Position numbers and translations under genes: made by a program
In this document: in pieces, positions 28,054 through 37,137 of the stretch
Layout of the letters: each line of letters starts with the position of its first letter
Numbering within the stretch: position 1 is the stretch's first letter
Notes under the pieces: model-generated
The model's database searches: none
The model's input: the letters and a program-made list of their open reading frames with translations, nothing else
What the model was told of the DNA's origin: nothing
IMG/VR virus record: IMGVR_UViG_3300042308_001371
Location: 1 to 64,000 of that record
From: a virus
Reading direction: 5' to 3' (one strand)
DNA: 64,000 nt

Positions 28054-29655
28054 ATGTCTACATTTTATGTGCGGAAAAACGGGTCAGGTACGCACACTGA
28101 CATTCAAAGTGCTTTTGTTCAAGCAGTATCTGGTGACACAATTGATATCGAATCTGGAGTTTTTGAGGAGAATGTCGATTTTTATAAATCAGGAATTACT
28201 CTAAAAGGTGCTGGAAAAAATCTAACGGAAATTAAAGGCATACAAGAGGCAACCGTAACTAAAACTACCTCATGGTTGCTTGGTGCAACATCTTTATCGT
28301 TTCCCGGTGGTACTTCTGGTTTTATTGTTGGAAGATTCCTATCAGGCGTTGGCTTGGCGACAAACACTAGAATTACGTCAGTTTCTCCTACGTCTATTAC
28401 GCTTTCAGCAGCAGCTACTGTTGCTAAAACAAACCAAACTGTTTCTATGCCTTTGGTTCCTTCAACTATCGTTGTTCGTGGTGCAAACCATGTAATTCAG
28501 GATTTAAAGATCACTGCCCCTCAAGCACTAGAATCAAGATGTCTTGCAGATAACGCGGCTATCTTTTTTAGAACCGCTGGTAACGGGGAAGCCCCTGCTA
28601 CTGGGTATATTCTCCAAGATTGTATTATTGAAGCAAGAGGTGAATCAGCTATCGTGACCGATTATAGTTCTTTCGTAGGAAGTGGGATTATTCGCAGAAA
28701 CACAGTCCAAGGTCAAACCTTTGTTGGCGCATCTGCTGCTCAGGTTCCTTCTTTTGGAACAATGTCGAAGTCTGGTACAGTTTTATCAGCTAGAACTATT
28801 CGCTTTAGTGAAATGAGTGGTATTACTGCCCCTCATGCTGGTAACTCGCAAGGTAGTGAGATTACCCCGGGTCTTCGTGTAGTTTCTATTAGCGGAGATG
28901 TGGTAACTGTTTCTGCTAACATTCCTGATGCGGTCAATACTGTAAGAGCTTTCTCTTTTGGTAACGTACAGTTCAACTTTCCAAACGTAGCTAGACAATT
29001 AGTAGTTATCCAAAGTGTTAACATGGCTACTCAGTTTTTGAGCAATACTGTAAAGGGAGCGACCGGAAGCGGATTCTCTTACAATACGGCAGCAACTATT
29101 GATACAGCCAATGCAACTATCACGAGCAATACTTTCAATGGTAGCTTTAAGTATGGTTATGCTCTTAGAGCCAGAGGAGCAGGGTCAAGCGTTAATAATA
29201 ACGTAAACTACTCCTTGACTAGTAATCCTAACGCAGGGTATCTTATTGGTCCTACAGGAGCGCAAACTTCTGGCATGACTATTGGAACAAATAGCTCAAT
29301 TACTAAAGGTATTGTTGCTAGTACTCAAGCGTCGTCTGGAGAAAAAATCGTATCTGAAATGAGTAAGGAATTGGTATCTGCCCTTTCTAGCGTTTCCTCA
29401 GATGCCGATTTTTCAAGCATCTCTAGTTGGTCAATGGTAAGTTATGTTTTTAAACATAGCGAATCAAGCAAGAGACTTGTTTCTTCATTTAAATCTTTTG
29501 ATGGGTTTAAATCAACGGCACTCAAATCGGGTATGGCTTCTGGTCAAAAATTTGAACTACACAAGATCATTGTGAAAAATGCTTCAGGTGCTCTTAAGGT
29601 TGTGAAAAGATCGGACATTCCAGATGCTTCTAGTTTTGATATTACTTTAAAGTAA
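28054..29655 (+). CDS. Right-handed beta-helix (pectin lyase-like) protein, possible tailspike
   Basis: GSGTHTDIQSA...GDTIDIESGVFEENV...ITLKGAG N-terminus. Confidence 0.75.
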   Translation: MSTFYVRKNGSGTHTDIQSAFVQAVSGDTIDIESGVFEENVDFYKSGITLKGAGKNLTEIKGIQEATVTKTTSWLLGATSLSFPGGTSGFIVGRFLSGVGLATNTRITSVSPTSITLSAAATVAKTNQTVSMPLVPSTIVVRGANHVIQDLKITAPQALESRCLADNAAIFFRTAGNGEAPATGYILQDCIIEARGESAIVTDYSSFVGSGIIRRNTVQGQTFVGASAAQVPSFGTMSKSGTVLSARTIRFSEMSGITAPHAGNSQGSEITPGLRVVSISGDVVTVSANIPDAVNTVRAFSFGNVQFNFPNVARQLVVIQSVNMATQFLSNTVKGATGSGFSYNTAATIDTANATITSNTFNGSFKYGYALRARGAGSSVNNNVNYSLTSNPNAGYLIGPTGAQTSGMTIGTNSSITKGIVASTQASSGEKIVSEMSKELVSALSSVSSDADFSSISSWSMVSYVFKHSESSKRLVSSFKSFDGFKSTALKSGMASGQKFELHKIIVKNASGALKVVKRSDIPDASSFDITLK

Positions 29656-29713
29656 TCAAGGCAAGATATTGAGCTAAGAATATGGAATCCTAATTTTAGT
29701 ATCTTACCTAATG

Positions 29714-29740
29714 AAGGGGGTGGTTTATCCACCCCTTTTA
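29714..29740 (+). terminator. Rho-independent terminator
   Basis: GGGGTGG-TTTAT-CCACCCC-TTTT. Confidence 0.75.
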
Positions 29741-29799
29741 TATTCTATAACTCCTTAATTTTATTGTGTTAAAGTCTAAATTACATTCTTTGGTTATAA

Positions 29800-29809
29800 C
29801 ACCCTTATA
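29800..29809 (+). promoter_or_regulatory. Putative late promoter motif CACCCTTATA
   Basis: Intergenic. Confidence 0.7.
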
Positions 29810-29836
29810 ATATGTAGCAATAAGGAGCTGTAAACT

Positions 29837-30235
29837 ATGGAAAAGAAAGCAAAAGCTAAGTCTGCAATGCTAAAAGAACTTTCAAAGGAGATGTCTGACG
29901 ATATGTACTCTCCAATGAAGGATATGATTGGCAAAAAAGGTCTTAAGAAAGTATCCGTTATGTCTGATTCTCCTGAAGGTCTTAAAAAAGGTTTATCAAT
30001 GGCTGAAAAGCTTATGAAACTTAAAAAAGATCAATCTCCTTCAGAAGATGAAGAAACAGAATCCGAAGAACAATCTTGCTCCAGTTGTAAAGGAGAGGGT
30101 TGTGACATGTGTGAAGAGAAAGAAGAAAGCCCTTCAGACGAATCTGAGGAAAGTGCTTCTCCCGAACTTCCAGAAATGTCTCCTTCAGAAATGGAAGCTG
30201 TCTACGAGATGCTTAAGAAAAAACTCGGAAAATAA
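29837..30235 (+). CDS. Charged hypothetical protein with CxxCxGxGCxxC motif
   Basis: AAGGAG RBS; 132 aa. Confidence 0.7.
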   Translation: MEKKAKAKSAMLKELSKEMSDDMYSPMKDMIGKKGLKKVSVMSDSPEGLKKGLSMAEKLMKLKKDQSPSEDEETESEEQSCSSCKGEGCDMCEEKEESPSDESEESASPELPEMSPSEMEAVYEMLKKKLGK

Positions 30236-30247
30236 TTAAGGTTTAAA

Positions 30248-31453
30248 ATGAGTAGTATTTTAAAGACTGCAGATTTGATACGAAGTATCAAGCGTAGAGC
30301 TATGATACCTACAAGTCAAGAAACATTTACAGACACTGACTTATTAGAAATGGCTACAGAAGAGATTAATCTAGGTCTAGTTCCTTTAATTCAAAGAATG
30401 CATGAAGAACATTTAGTGTATTATATCGATATTAAACTTGAAATAGGTAAAAAAAGATATCCCATTCCCTCTAGAGCACATGGTAATAAATTAAGAGATG
30501 TTGCTTTAATTGATGAAAACGAAAATGTTTTTGAAATGCACAGGTATTCATTAAATGAATTATCTGATTTTTCCAATACTACGGCATATATTAATGCTCG
30601 TGGTTTCTACTTAGAAAATAATGATGTTATTCTAACAAATTTTCAAACAAATATAGGTCAGAATTTACGTATGTATTTTTACATGCGTCCAAATTGTTTA
30701 ATATTAGAATCTAATGGTGCAGTAATTGAAACTATAACCGATCTGGTAGAAGTAGATAAAATTACCCCTGTAACTAAAAGTATAACTTCTCTTACTCCAA
30801 GTGGATCTAAAGCTATTATCACATGTCCAGATCATGGAATAAGTAATGGAAAAAAAGTATCCTTGTCTGGAATTACTCTATCCGACCTAAGTATTTTTAG
30901 TGGTATTTATGAAATTTATGTTATTAATTCAAATAGTTTTAGTATTACATCTTCTATTTCTTTATCTGGAACTGGCGGTAGTGCTTCATTGATGCTTGAT
31001 GTAAAAAGTATTAAATTTAAAATATTACCAAGTCATATGGTAGCAGATGACTTATTTGATTTTGTTCAACATGTATCTCCAAATAAAATTCTATATTATG
31101 ATATTATAAAAAATGATGTAAGTCCATCGCTAAATACTATGAGTTTTCCTGCTTCTAGTGTTCCAGATATTCAAATAGGCGATTATACTACTGCTGCGGA
31201 AGAGACTATTGTACCCAATATCCCATCAGAATTACATCCAATATTAGCGCAGAGGGTTGCTATTGCTTGCTTAGAAGCCATGGGTGATGAAAATAACAAG
31301 CAATCAGCCGAAAGAAAACTAGCGTCTATGGAAAAAGATGCAGGAACTTTCTTAGATAATAGGGTTGAAGGTGCGCAGATAAAAATTAAATCAAGACACT
31401 CTCCTTTAGTAAATACATTAAATACGCTAGGAAGACGAAATAGAAGGTGGTAA
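30248..31453 (+). CDS. Head-tail adaptor (tail tubular A-like) with inserted domain
   Basis: DLIRSIKRRA N-terminus, IPSELHPILAQ C-terminus, position before nozzle. Confidence 0.65.
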   Translation: MSSILKTADLIRSIKRRAMIPTSQETFTDTDLLEMATEEINLGLVPLIQRMHEEHLVYYIDIKLEIGKKRYPIPSRAHGNKLRDVALIDENENVFEMHRYSLNELSDFSNTTAYINARGFYLENNDVILTNFQTNIGQNLRMYFYMRPNCLILESNGAVIETITDLVEVDKITPVTKSITSLTPSGSKAIITCPDHGISNGKKVSLSGITLSDLSIFSGIYEIYVINSNSFSITSSISLSGTGGSASLMLDVKSIKFKILPSHMVADDLFDFVQHVSPNKILYYDIIKNDVSPSLNTMSFPASSVPDIQIGDYTTAAEETIVPNIPSELHPILAQRVAIACLEAMGDENNKQSAERKLASMEKDAGTFLDNRVEGAQIKIKSRHSPLVNTLNTLGRRNRRW

Positions 31454-31456
31454 TCA

Positions 31457-34400
31457 GTGCCTATATTAACTATAAACCGCGGGCTAGTAACCTCTCCAAA
31501 TGAGTTGGCAAGGCCTGATGGTGCCGCTGATGTATTGGATAATTGTGTAATCGATTCCGACAATGTTGTAGAACCTAGAAGAGGCTTTGCGGAGTTTGGA
31601 AATGTTACAGATGATGACTCTGTTGTTAAACAATTATTAACATATAAAGGCAGAGTATTACGACATTTTGCAAATAAATTAAGTTTTGACTCAACTGGTA
31701 ATGGATCTTTTTTAAATTTCTCTGGAACTTATAACGAACTGGTATCTAGGCTTAGAATTAGATATTTTGAACTTAATTCAAATTTATACTTTACTACTAG
31801 TGAAGGGATCAAGAAGATTTCTGCAAAATCTGCAGATGATTTTTCTAATTCTGCGGAATATATAACAAAGGCTGGTGGAGTTAAAGCCACTGGTTTAGAG
31901 TTAAACTTAGTACCATCCGCTTCAGGATTTCTTCCTGCACAATCTAAGGTAGCTTATAAAGTACTATGGGCTAGAAAAGATGTAAACGGTAACATTATAC
32001 GCGGAGTTCCTAGCTCACGACATGTGATAACAAATACGTCTCAAGATCTAAATGTAGGTGAGAGTTTTACAGCTACTATATTAGATGCTGGAGCTGGGAT
32101 ACATAAATCCTTCGATGCAACCTCTAGTATTTCTGATGGACCTCAAATTACTTTTTTAGCTGCAGCAGTAAATATTACAGATAATACAATAGCATTGACC
32201 GCGGGTGCAACAGATCATAATTACCAAACAAATGATTTAATAAAATTATTACAAAATGGAGTTAACCCATTACCTGTAGGTCTTGCGGTAGGTAACTATT
32301 ATGTGATTAGAGTAGACACTAATAAAATTAAACTAAAAACAACTACAACTGGATCTGAAGTAGATATAACAAGTGTAGCAGCTGCAGGAACTAGTGGCAT
32401 TGTAGAAAATACAACTACTGGTAAAACTATAACTATAGCATCGCATGGCTATACTGATGGTACTAAAGTTAGATTATTTGGTATTTTAGCTAATGAATTA
32501 GATAAAACACAAACTTACTATATTAGAAATAAAACTACTAATACTTTTCAATTATCATTAGAACCTGCTAGTGTTATTATTACCCTAACTAAAAAAGTTG
32601 GAACTTCTGAGATTTACAGTGGGATATCTAATAATGATTTTTTCTTATTTGATAGCTTAACTAATAAGTTTGCAGTGTGGTTTAATATTTCTGGAACTGA
32701 TCCATCTCCTACTAGTAGTTTATTACTAGGAAGACAATTAATAGAAATCCCTATATATAATATAACACTAAAAAATAAAATAAATTATGCATCAAAAATA
32801 GCTGAGATATTATTCTCTATATCGGATGTAGAAATAGAAGTGGCTTCTGAAGTAGTAACAATTACCAACAGGGATGGTGGGGATGTATTGGATGCTAGTC
32901 AGGGCAGTTTAGATATTACTTATGGTACAATATCTACTGTATATGACGGTCAAACATCTATTGGAATTCCTTCTAATACTCAAGTCATTACTACCGTACC
33001 AAGTGGGATAAATAGTAAAGACTTCTTTTATGAGGTTTATAGAACTGCGATAACAACTGTTCCTACTGGGCTGACTCTTAATGATATAGATCCGGGAGAA
33101 GAATTTCAAAAAATATATGAATCTCCTGTAAGTTTAACAGATGTTATTCCATCAGAAGTTACTTTTGATGATTATATTCCTGAAACTTTTAGAGAAGGTG
33201 GATTATATCTATATGTAAATCCTGTAACAGGAGAGAGTGCTCTTCAAGCTAATGAAGCTCCTCCAATAGCTCATGATGTTGCTATTTTTAAAGGATCTGC
33301 TTTTTATGCTAATACTAAGGAAGTTCATAGACTTCAATTTAGCATGCTTTCAGTATTCCCCTATAATTCAGGATCATCTAAGTTGCATGTGGGAAATTCT
33401 ACAAAAATGAGTACATATACATTTATAGGTCAGAATGAAATAATTCAGTTTACAGCAAAGAAGAAATCAGAAACAGTGGGAGGATCTTATTTTGACATAT
33501 ATAATGCCCAAAATAAAATTAAATACAGGACATGGTTTGATAAAGGATCTATAGTTTTTAATTTTGATCAAACTGCTATAAATAGTACTACTGAGGAAAT
33601 AACTCTATCTAATCATGGATTTGCTACTAATGATCTTGTGACGATAGATGGAACAACTTTACCGGGTGGATTATTAAAAAAATCATATTATGCTATAAGA
33701 GTAAGCTCTAACACTATTAAATTATCCGATTCTATAAACGGATCTGCAATAAACTTAGATTCATCTTCTGGTTCTGCATCCATTTCCCACATATCTAAGG
33801 CTCCTAGTGTAGACAATTGTCTACTACTAAAAATACCTCTATTACTTCCCATTTATGAAGATACAGTGGAGGGGTCCGTAGACGCATTTGCTGATGCATT
33901 TTTTGACATAAATGATTTTAATATAAACGATAATATCTATCACTTATTTGATTCATTTTATGATATTAATGGATCTACTGAAACTATAAACATAAAAAAT
34001 CATTCATTTTTTAATAATGATCAAGTAACTTTTTCTCAAAATTGTCCTGACGGAATCCTCATAGATACTCCCTATTATGTTATAAACAAAACTAATAATA
34101 GCTTTGGAATATCGACCTCTATAGGTGGACCTTCAGTAGACATAACCCCCAAGTCTGGAGCAGGAAAAGTAACCTTTGTAGCACCTAGTTCTATTGTAAA
34201 ATTAGTTTACACTGATAATGGTGACGTATCTCCAGTAGTTCAATCATCTCCTGTTACAGGATGGTCAGACCCTCTAGTATTACAACAAGGTGATGGAGAA
34301 GATGCTTCTTTAAATCAAGTATTGCTATCTGGGTTATCTTCCCAATCCTTATCTATAGAAGACACTGCCAGATCCTTGGAGAGAGTTATAAATAAAGATC

Positions 34401-36325
34401 CTAACTCTCCAGTTAATGCGTATTATATTTCTGGTCTTAACGACTTGCAGGGTATTTTACTTTTAGAATCTAGATCTCTAATAGATGATCCTTTCTATGT
34501 TGGATTTAGTGAGCAGTTCTCAGATGGGTTTGGAAATCCAATAGCTGTATTCGAGCCTAATATTCCGGTAGCAAAAACAATTAAGGATCTTACATCTCCG
34601 GGGGTTATAACTACAACTACTTCTCATAGTTTTACACCAAACCAACAAGTATATTGTTTCATAAAACAAACTTCTTTACCAGCACTTTTATCTGGATCAA
34701 AGATAATAGAAACTACTCCCGGAGTAGATACTCTTACAATTTATGGATTTAGTTTTTCTGGAGCACAAATAACTTCTTTCGAATCAGCCGTAGTATTCCC
34801 AGCTGATGTAGTTTCTGATAATTCGGTAAATCCGAATAGAGTTTATTTCTCTAAGATATACCAACCAGAGGCTGTGCCGCTAGTTAACTACATTGATATT
34901 GGACCAAGAGACAAGAAAATACAAAGAATCATTGCATTAAGAGATAGTCTTGCAGTACTCAAAGAAGAGGGCGTCTACATCATATCAGGACAGTCTGCAC
35001 CAAACTTTTCTGTGCGTCTTTGTGATTCCTCTGCCTTAACCCTTGCTCCAGATACAGCTGTTAACTTAAATAATCTAGTATATGTATTAACAAGTCAAGG
35101 AGTAGTTACAGTATCCGAAACTGGCGTTCAAGTAATGTCTAGAAATATTGAAAATAAAATTCAAGAAGTTACAAATTCTAGGTTTGATTATAAGCTTATG
35201 AGTTGGGGAATGTCCTCTGAATCAGATAGATGCTATCTTCTTTGGCTTCCTGAGAAGACTACCGATGGATATGCTACGCAAGCTTTTAGATATAATACTT
35301 TCACAAGAGCTTGGACTAGGTGGACTAAACCTGCGAACTGCGGTGTAGTCAATCCTCTAGATGATAAGATGTATCTAGGAGATTCATCTGGAAGACCATA
35401 TGTATTGCAAGAAAGAAAAAACTTTGAAAGACAGGATCATTCTGACAGAGAAATAATTAGAAGTATTGTAGCAAATTCTGCAAATGGAACTACTTACACA
35501 CTCTCATCGTCTGTAGAATTAGCAGCTGGAGATGTGCTAACTCAAATACAGTATCTTGATATAAATAAGTTTAATAGATTCCTTAAAAAATTAGATAGAG
35601 ATGGATTCTCTTCTCATACTGAGGAGAAATACGTAACATTAAAAGCATCTGCCGGAGACAGTCTTGGATCAAAATTACAAGAAGTTGAAGTAAAGTTATT
35701 ATCTGATGGAATTATAATACCACATAGCTCTGGATCAGATATCGCAATAGATATTGCAACTAACTTTAACGCAATAGTTGCTATCCTTAACCTATCTACA
35801 ACTTTAACTAATTTTAAAGACTATAAATCAGTAACAGATCCTTTAACTTATGAAGTACTTATTACTGGTGTTAATACCATAATGAATACTATTACAGTGA
35901 AGGCAGAGAATAAGTTTATAGTGGGCGATGTTTCTATATTTAAAGGTATCAAGTGTGTTGTTCAATATGCCCCACAACACTTCGGAAAACCAGAATCAAC
36001 TAAGCAAATATCAGAAGGTACTTTTATATTTGATCAGAATAATTTCTGGGGTGGATCTGTTGCCTATTCTTCAGATAGATCGTATGACTTTAAGAGTATA
36101 GATTTTCAAGGAAGAGGTCCGGGATATTGGGATGGATATAATTGGGCTAATGCTACTTTTGGAGGAGAGGGCAATGAAGTTCCTTTCAGAACTTTTGTTC
36201 CTTCAGACAAGGCTAGATGTAGGTATCTCCATGTTCAGTTTACTCATATTAATGCAAGAGAGCAATGGAAACTAATTGGAGTATCTTTAGAACCTAGAGA
36301 AGTCTCCACTAGAGGATATAGATAA
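31457..36325 (+). CDS. Tail nozzle / tail tubular B-like protein (1622 aa) with repeated inserts
   Basis: GL...LDNC...PRRG start; NRVYFSKIYQPEAVP; LAVLKEEGVY propeller motifs. Confidence 0.75.
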   Translation: MPILTINRGLVTSPNELARPDGAADVLDNCVIDSDNVVEPRRGFAEFGNVTDDDSVVKQLLTYKGRVLRHFANKLSFDSTGNGSFLNFSGTYNELVSRLRIRYFELNSNLYFTTSEGIKKISAKSADDFSNSAEYITKAGGVKATGLELNLVPSASGFLPAQSKVAYKVLWARKDVNGNIIRGVPSSRHVITNTSQDLNVGESFTATILDAGAGIHKSFDATSSISDGPQITFLAAAVNITDNTIALTAGATDHNYQTNDLIKLLQNGVNPLPVGLAVGNYYVIRVDTNKIKLKTTTTGSEVDITSVAAAGTSGIVENTTTGKTITIASHGYTDGTKVRLFGILANELDKTQTYYIRNKTTNTFQLSLEPASVIITLTKKVGTSEIYSGISNNDFFLFDSLTNKFAVWFNISGTDPSPTSSLLLGRQLIEIPIYNITLKNKINYASKIAEILFSISDVEIEVASEVVTITNRDGGDVLDASQGSLDITYGTISTVYDGQTSIGIPSNTQVITTVPSGINSKDFFYEVYRTAITTVPTGLTLNDIDPGEEFQKIYESPVSLTDVIPSEVTFDDYIPETFREGGLYLYVNPVTGESALQANEAPPIAHDVAIFKGSAFYANTKEVHRLQFSMLSVFPYNSGSSKLHVGNSTKMSTYTFIGQNEIIQFTAKKKSETVGGSYFDIYNAQNKIKYRTWFDKGSIVFNFDQTAINSTTEEITLSNHGFATNDLVTIDGTTLPGGLLKKSYYAIRVSSNTIKLSDSINGSAINLDSSSGSASISHISKAPSVDNCLLLKIPLLLPIYEDTVEGSVDAFADAFFDINDFNINDNIYHLFDSFYDINGSTETINIKNHSFFNNDQVTFSQNCPDGILIDTPYYVINKTNNSFGISTSIGGPSVDITPKSGAGKVTFVAPSSIVKLVYTDNGDVSPVVQSSPVTGWSDPLVLQQGDGEDASLNQVLLSGLSSQSLSIEDTARSLERVINKDPNSPVNAYYISGLNDLQGILLLESRSLIDDPFYVGFSEQFSDGFGNPIAVFEPNIPVAKTIKDLTSPGVITTTTSHSFTPNQQVYCFIKQTSLPALLSGSKIIETTPGVDTLTIYGFSFSGAQITSFESAVVFPADVVSDNSVNPNRVYFSKIYQPEAVPLVNYIDIGPRDKKIQRIIALRDSLAVLKEEGVYIISGQSAPNFSVRLCDSSALTLAPDTAVNLNNLVYVLTSQGVVTVSETGVQVMSRNIENKIQEVTNSRFDYKLMSWGMSSESDRCYLLWLPEKTTDGYATQAFRYNTFTRAWTRWTKPANCGVVNPLDDKMYLGDSSGRPYVLQERKNFERQDHSDREIIRSIVANSANGTTYTLSSSVELAAGDVLTQIQYLDINKFNRFLKKLDRDGFSSHTEEKYVTLKASAGDSLGSKLQEVEVKLLSDGIIIPHSSGSDIAIDIATNFNAIVAILNLSTTLTNFKDYKSVTDPLTYEVLITGVNTIMNTITVKAENKFIVGDVSIFKGIKCVVQYAPQHFGKPESTKQISEGTFIFDQNNFWGGSVAYSSDRSYDFKSIDFQGRGPGYWDGYNWANATFGGEGNEVPFRTFVPSDKARCRYLHVQFTHINAREQWKLIGVSLEPREVSTRGYR

Positions 36326-36735
36326 TGCCTAAATTATCAGACATTAGACGTATTGTTCCAGAAGATTATCCTGATGATTTTCAAGAATCAGCTGGCATGA
36401 TTGCTGGATCTTACAATGAGTTTGCTGATGAAATTTATCAAGTAGTTAATGGTGGATTAGATTTTGATAATCTGGCTAGGTCATTAGGCACGATAGATGT
36501 AGTATTTGATGCATCAGGAAATATAATTGGTAATTCCACTGTCGTTACAAAGCTATCTTATGTATCCATGGTTCATTTGGGAAAAGTTCAAAACCTTACC
36601 AATGCATCCGCTAAGCTTGCTCAAATTCCTTTTATAGACTGGTCTTACACTGGATCGGGAGCTATAAAGATTTTATATGGGATCGGATTTACAGTAGGCG
36701 TTAAGTACAGACTTACTTTGGAGATAATCAAATAA
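36325..36735 (+). CDS. Putative tail protein
   Basis: NGGLDFDNL motif; TAATG coupling. Confidence 0.6.
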   Translation: MPKLSDIRRIVPEDYPDDFQESAGMIAGSYNEFADEIYQVVNGGLDFDNLARSLGTIDVVFDASGNIIGNSTVVTKLSYVSMVHLGKVQNLTNASAKLAQIPFIDWSYTGSGAIKILYGIGFTVGVKYRLTLEIIK

Positions 36736-37112
36736 TTCACATAGTTTTACTTATATAGAGCATGAATCTCAATTTGGTAAAACCAGATCCTTAATGTGCT
36801 TTCAGCTATTTGGGGAAAAGGGGTGGGCTTTTAACCTGAATGTCTCTTTTCTACAAAGTTCCAAACTTCCAATAACTTTGCTTAACTCTCTGGCTTTCCG
36901 CTAGGTACTTAGTGGTTTTGCGACACCTAGTCGAGTATTTCGTTTCCTACACCGGCTCGTATATCGGACTCGCTTGTAAGTCCTCTATTTCACGGTCCAA
37001 AAGAGCAAAAAGAGAAGAAATTAATCTTCCTTGATAATATAACATAACTTTGCTATATTCACAACTAGGTATAAGGTGTTGATTTTTTGTAGGAATGAAA
37101 ACTACTATTTAA

Positions 37113-37122
37113 CACCCTTATA
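37113..37122 (+). promoter_or_regulatory. Putative late promoter motif CACCCTTATA (ejection operon)
   Basis: AACACCCTTATATTACAG identical to the copy at 13721-13738. Confidence 0.7.
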
Positions 37123-37137
37123 TTACAGGAGAACTCT

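Noticed and set aside
14242-29655. Diversity-generating retroelement or invertible fibre cassette
   Set aside because: No reverse transcriptase, invertase or adenine-specific template/variable repeat pair was noticed.
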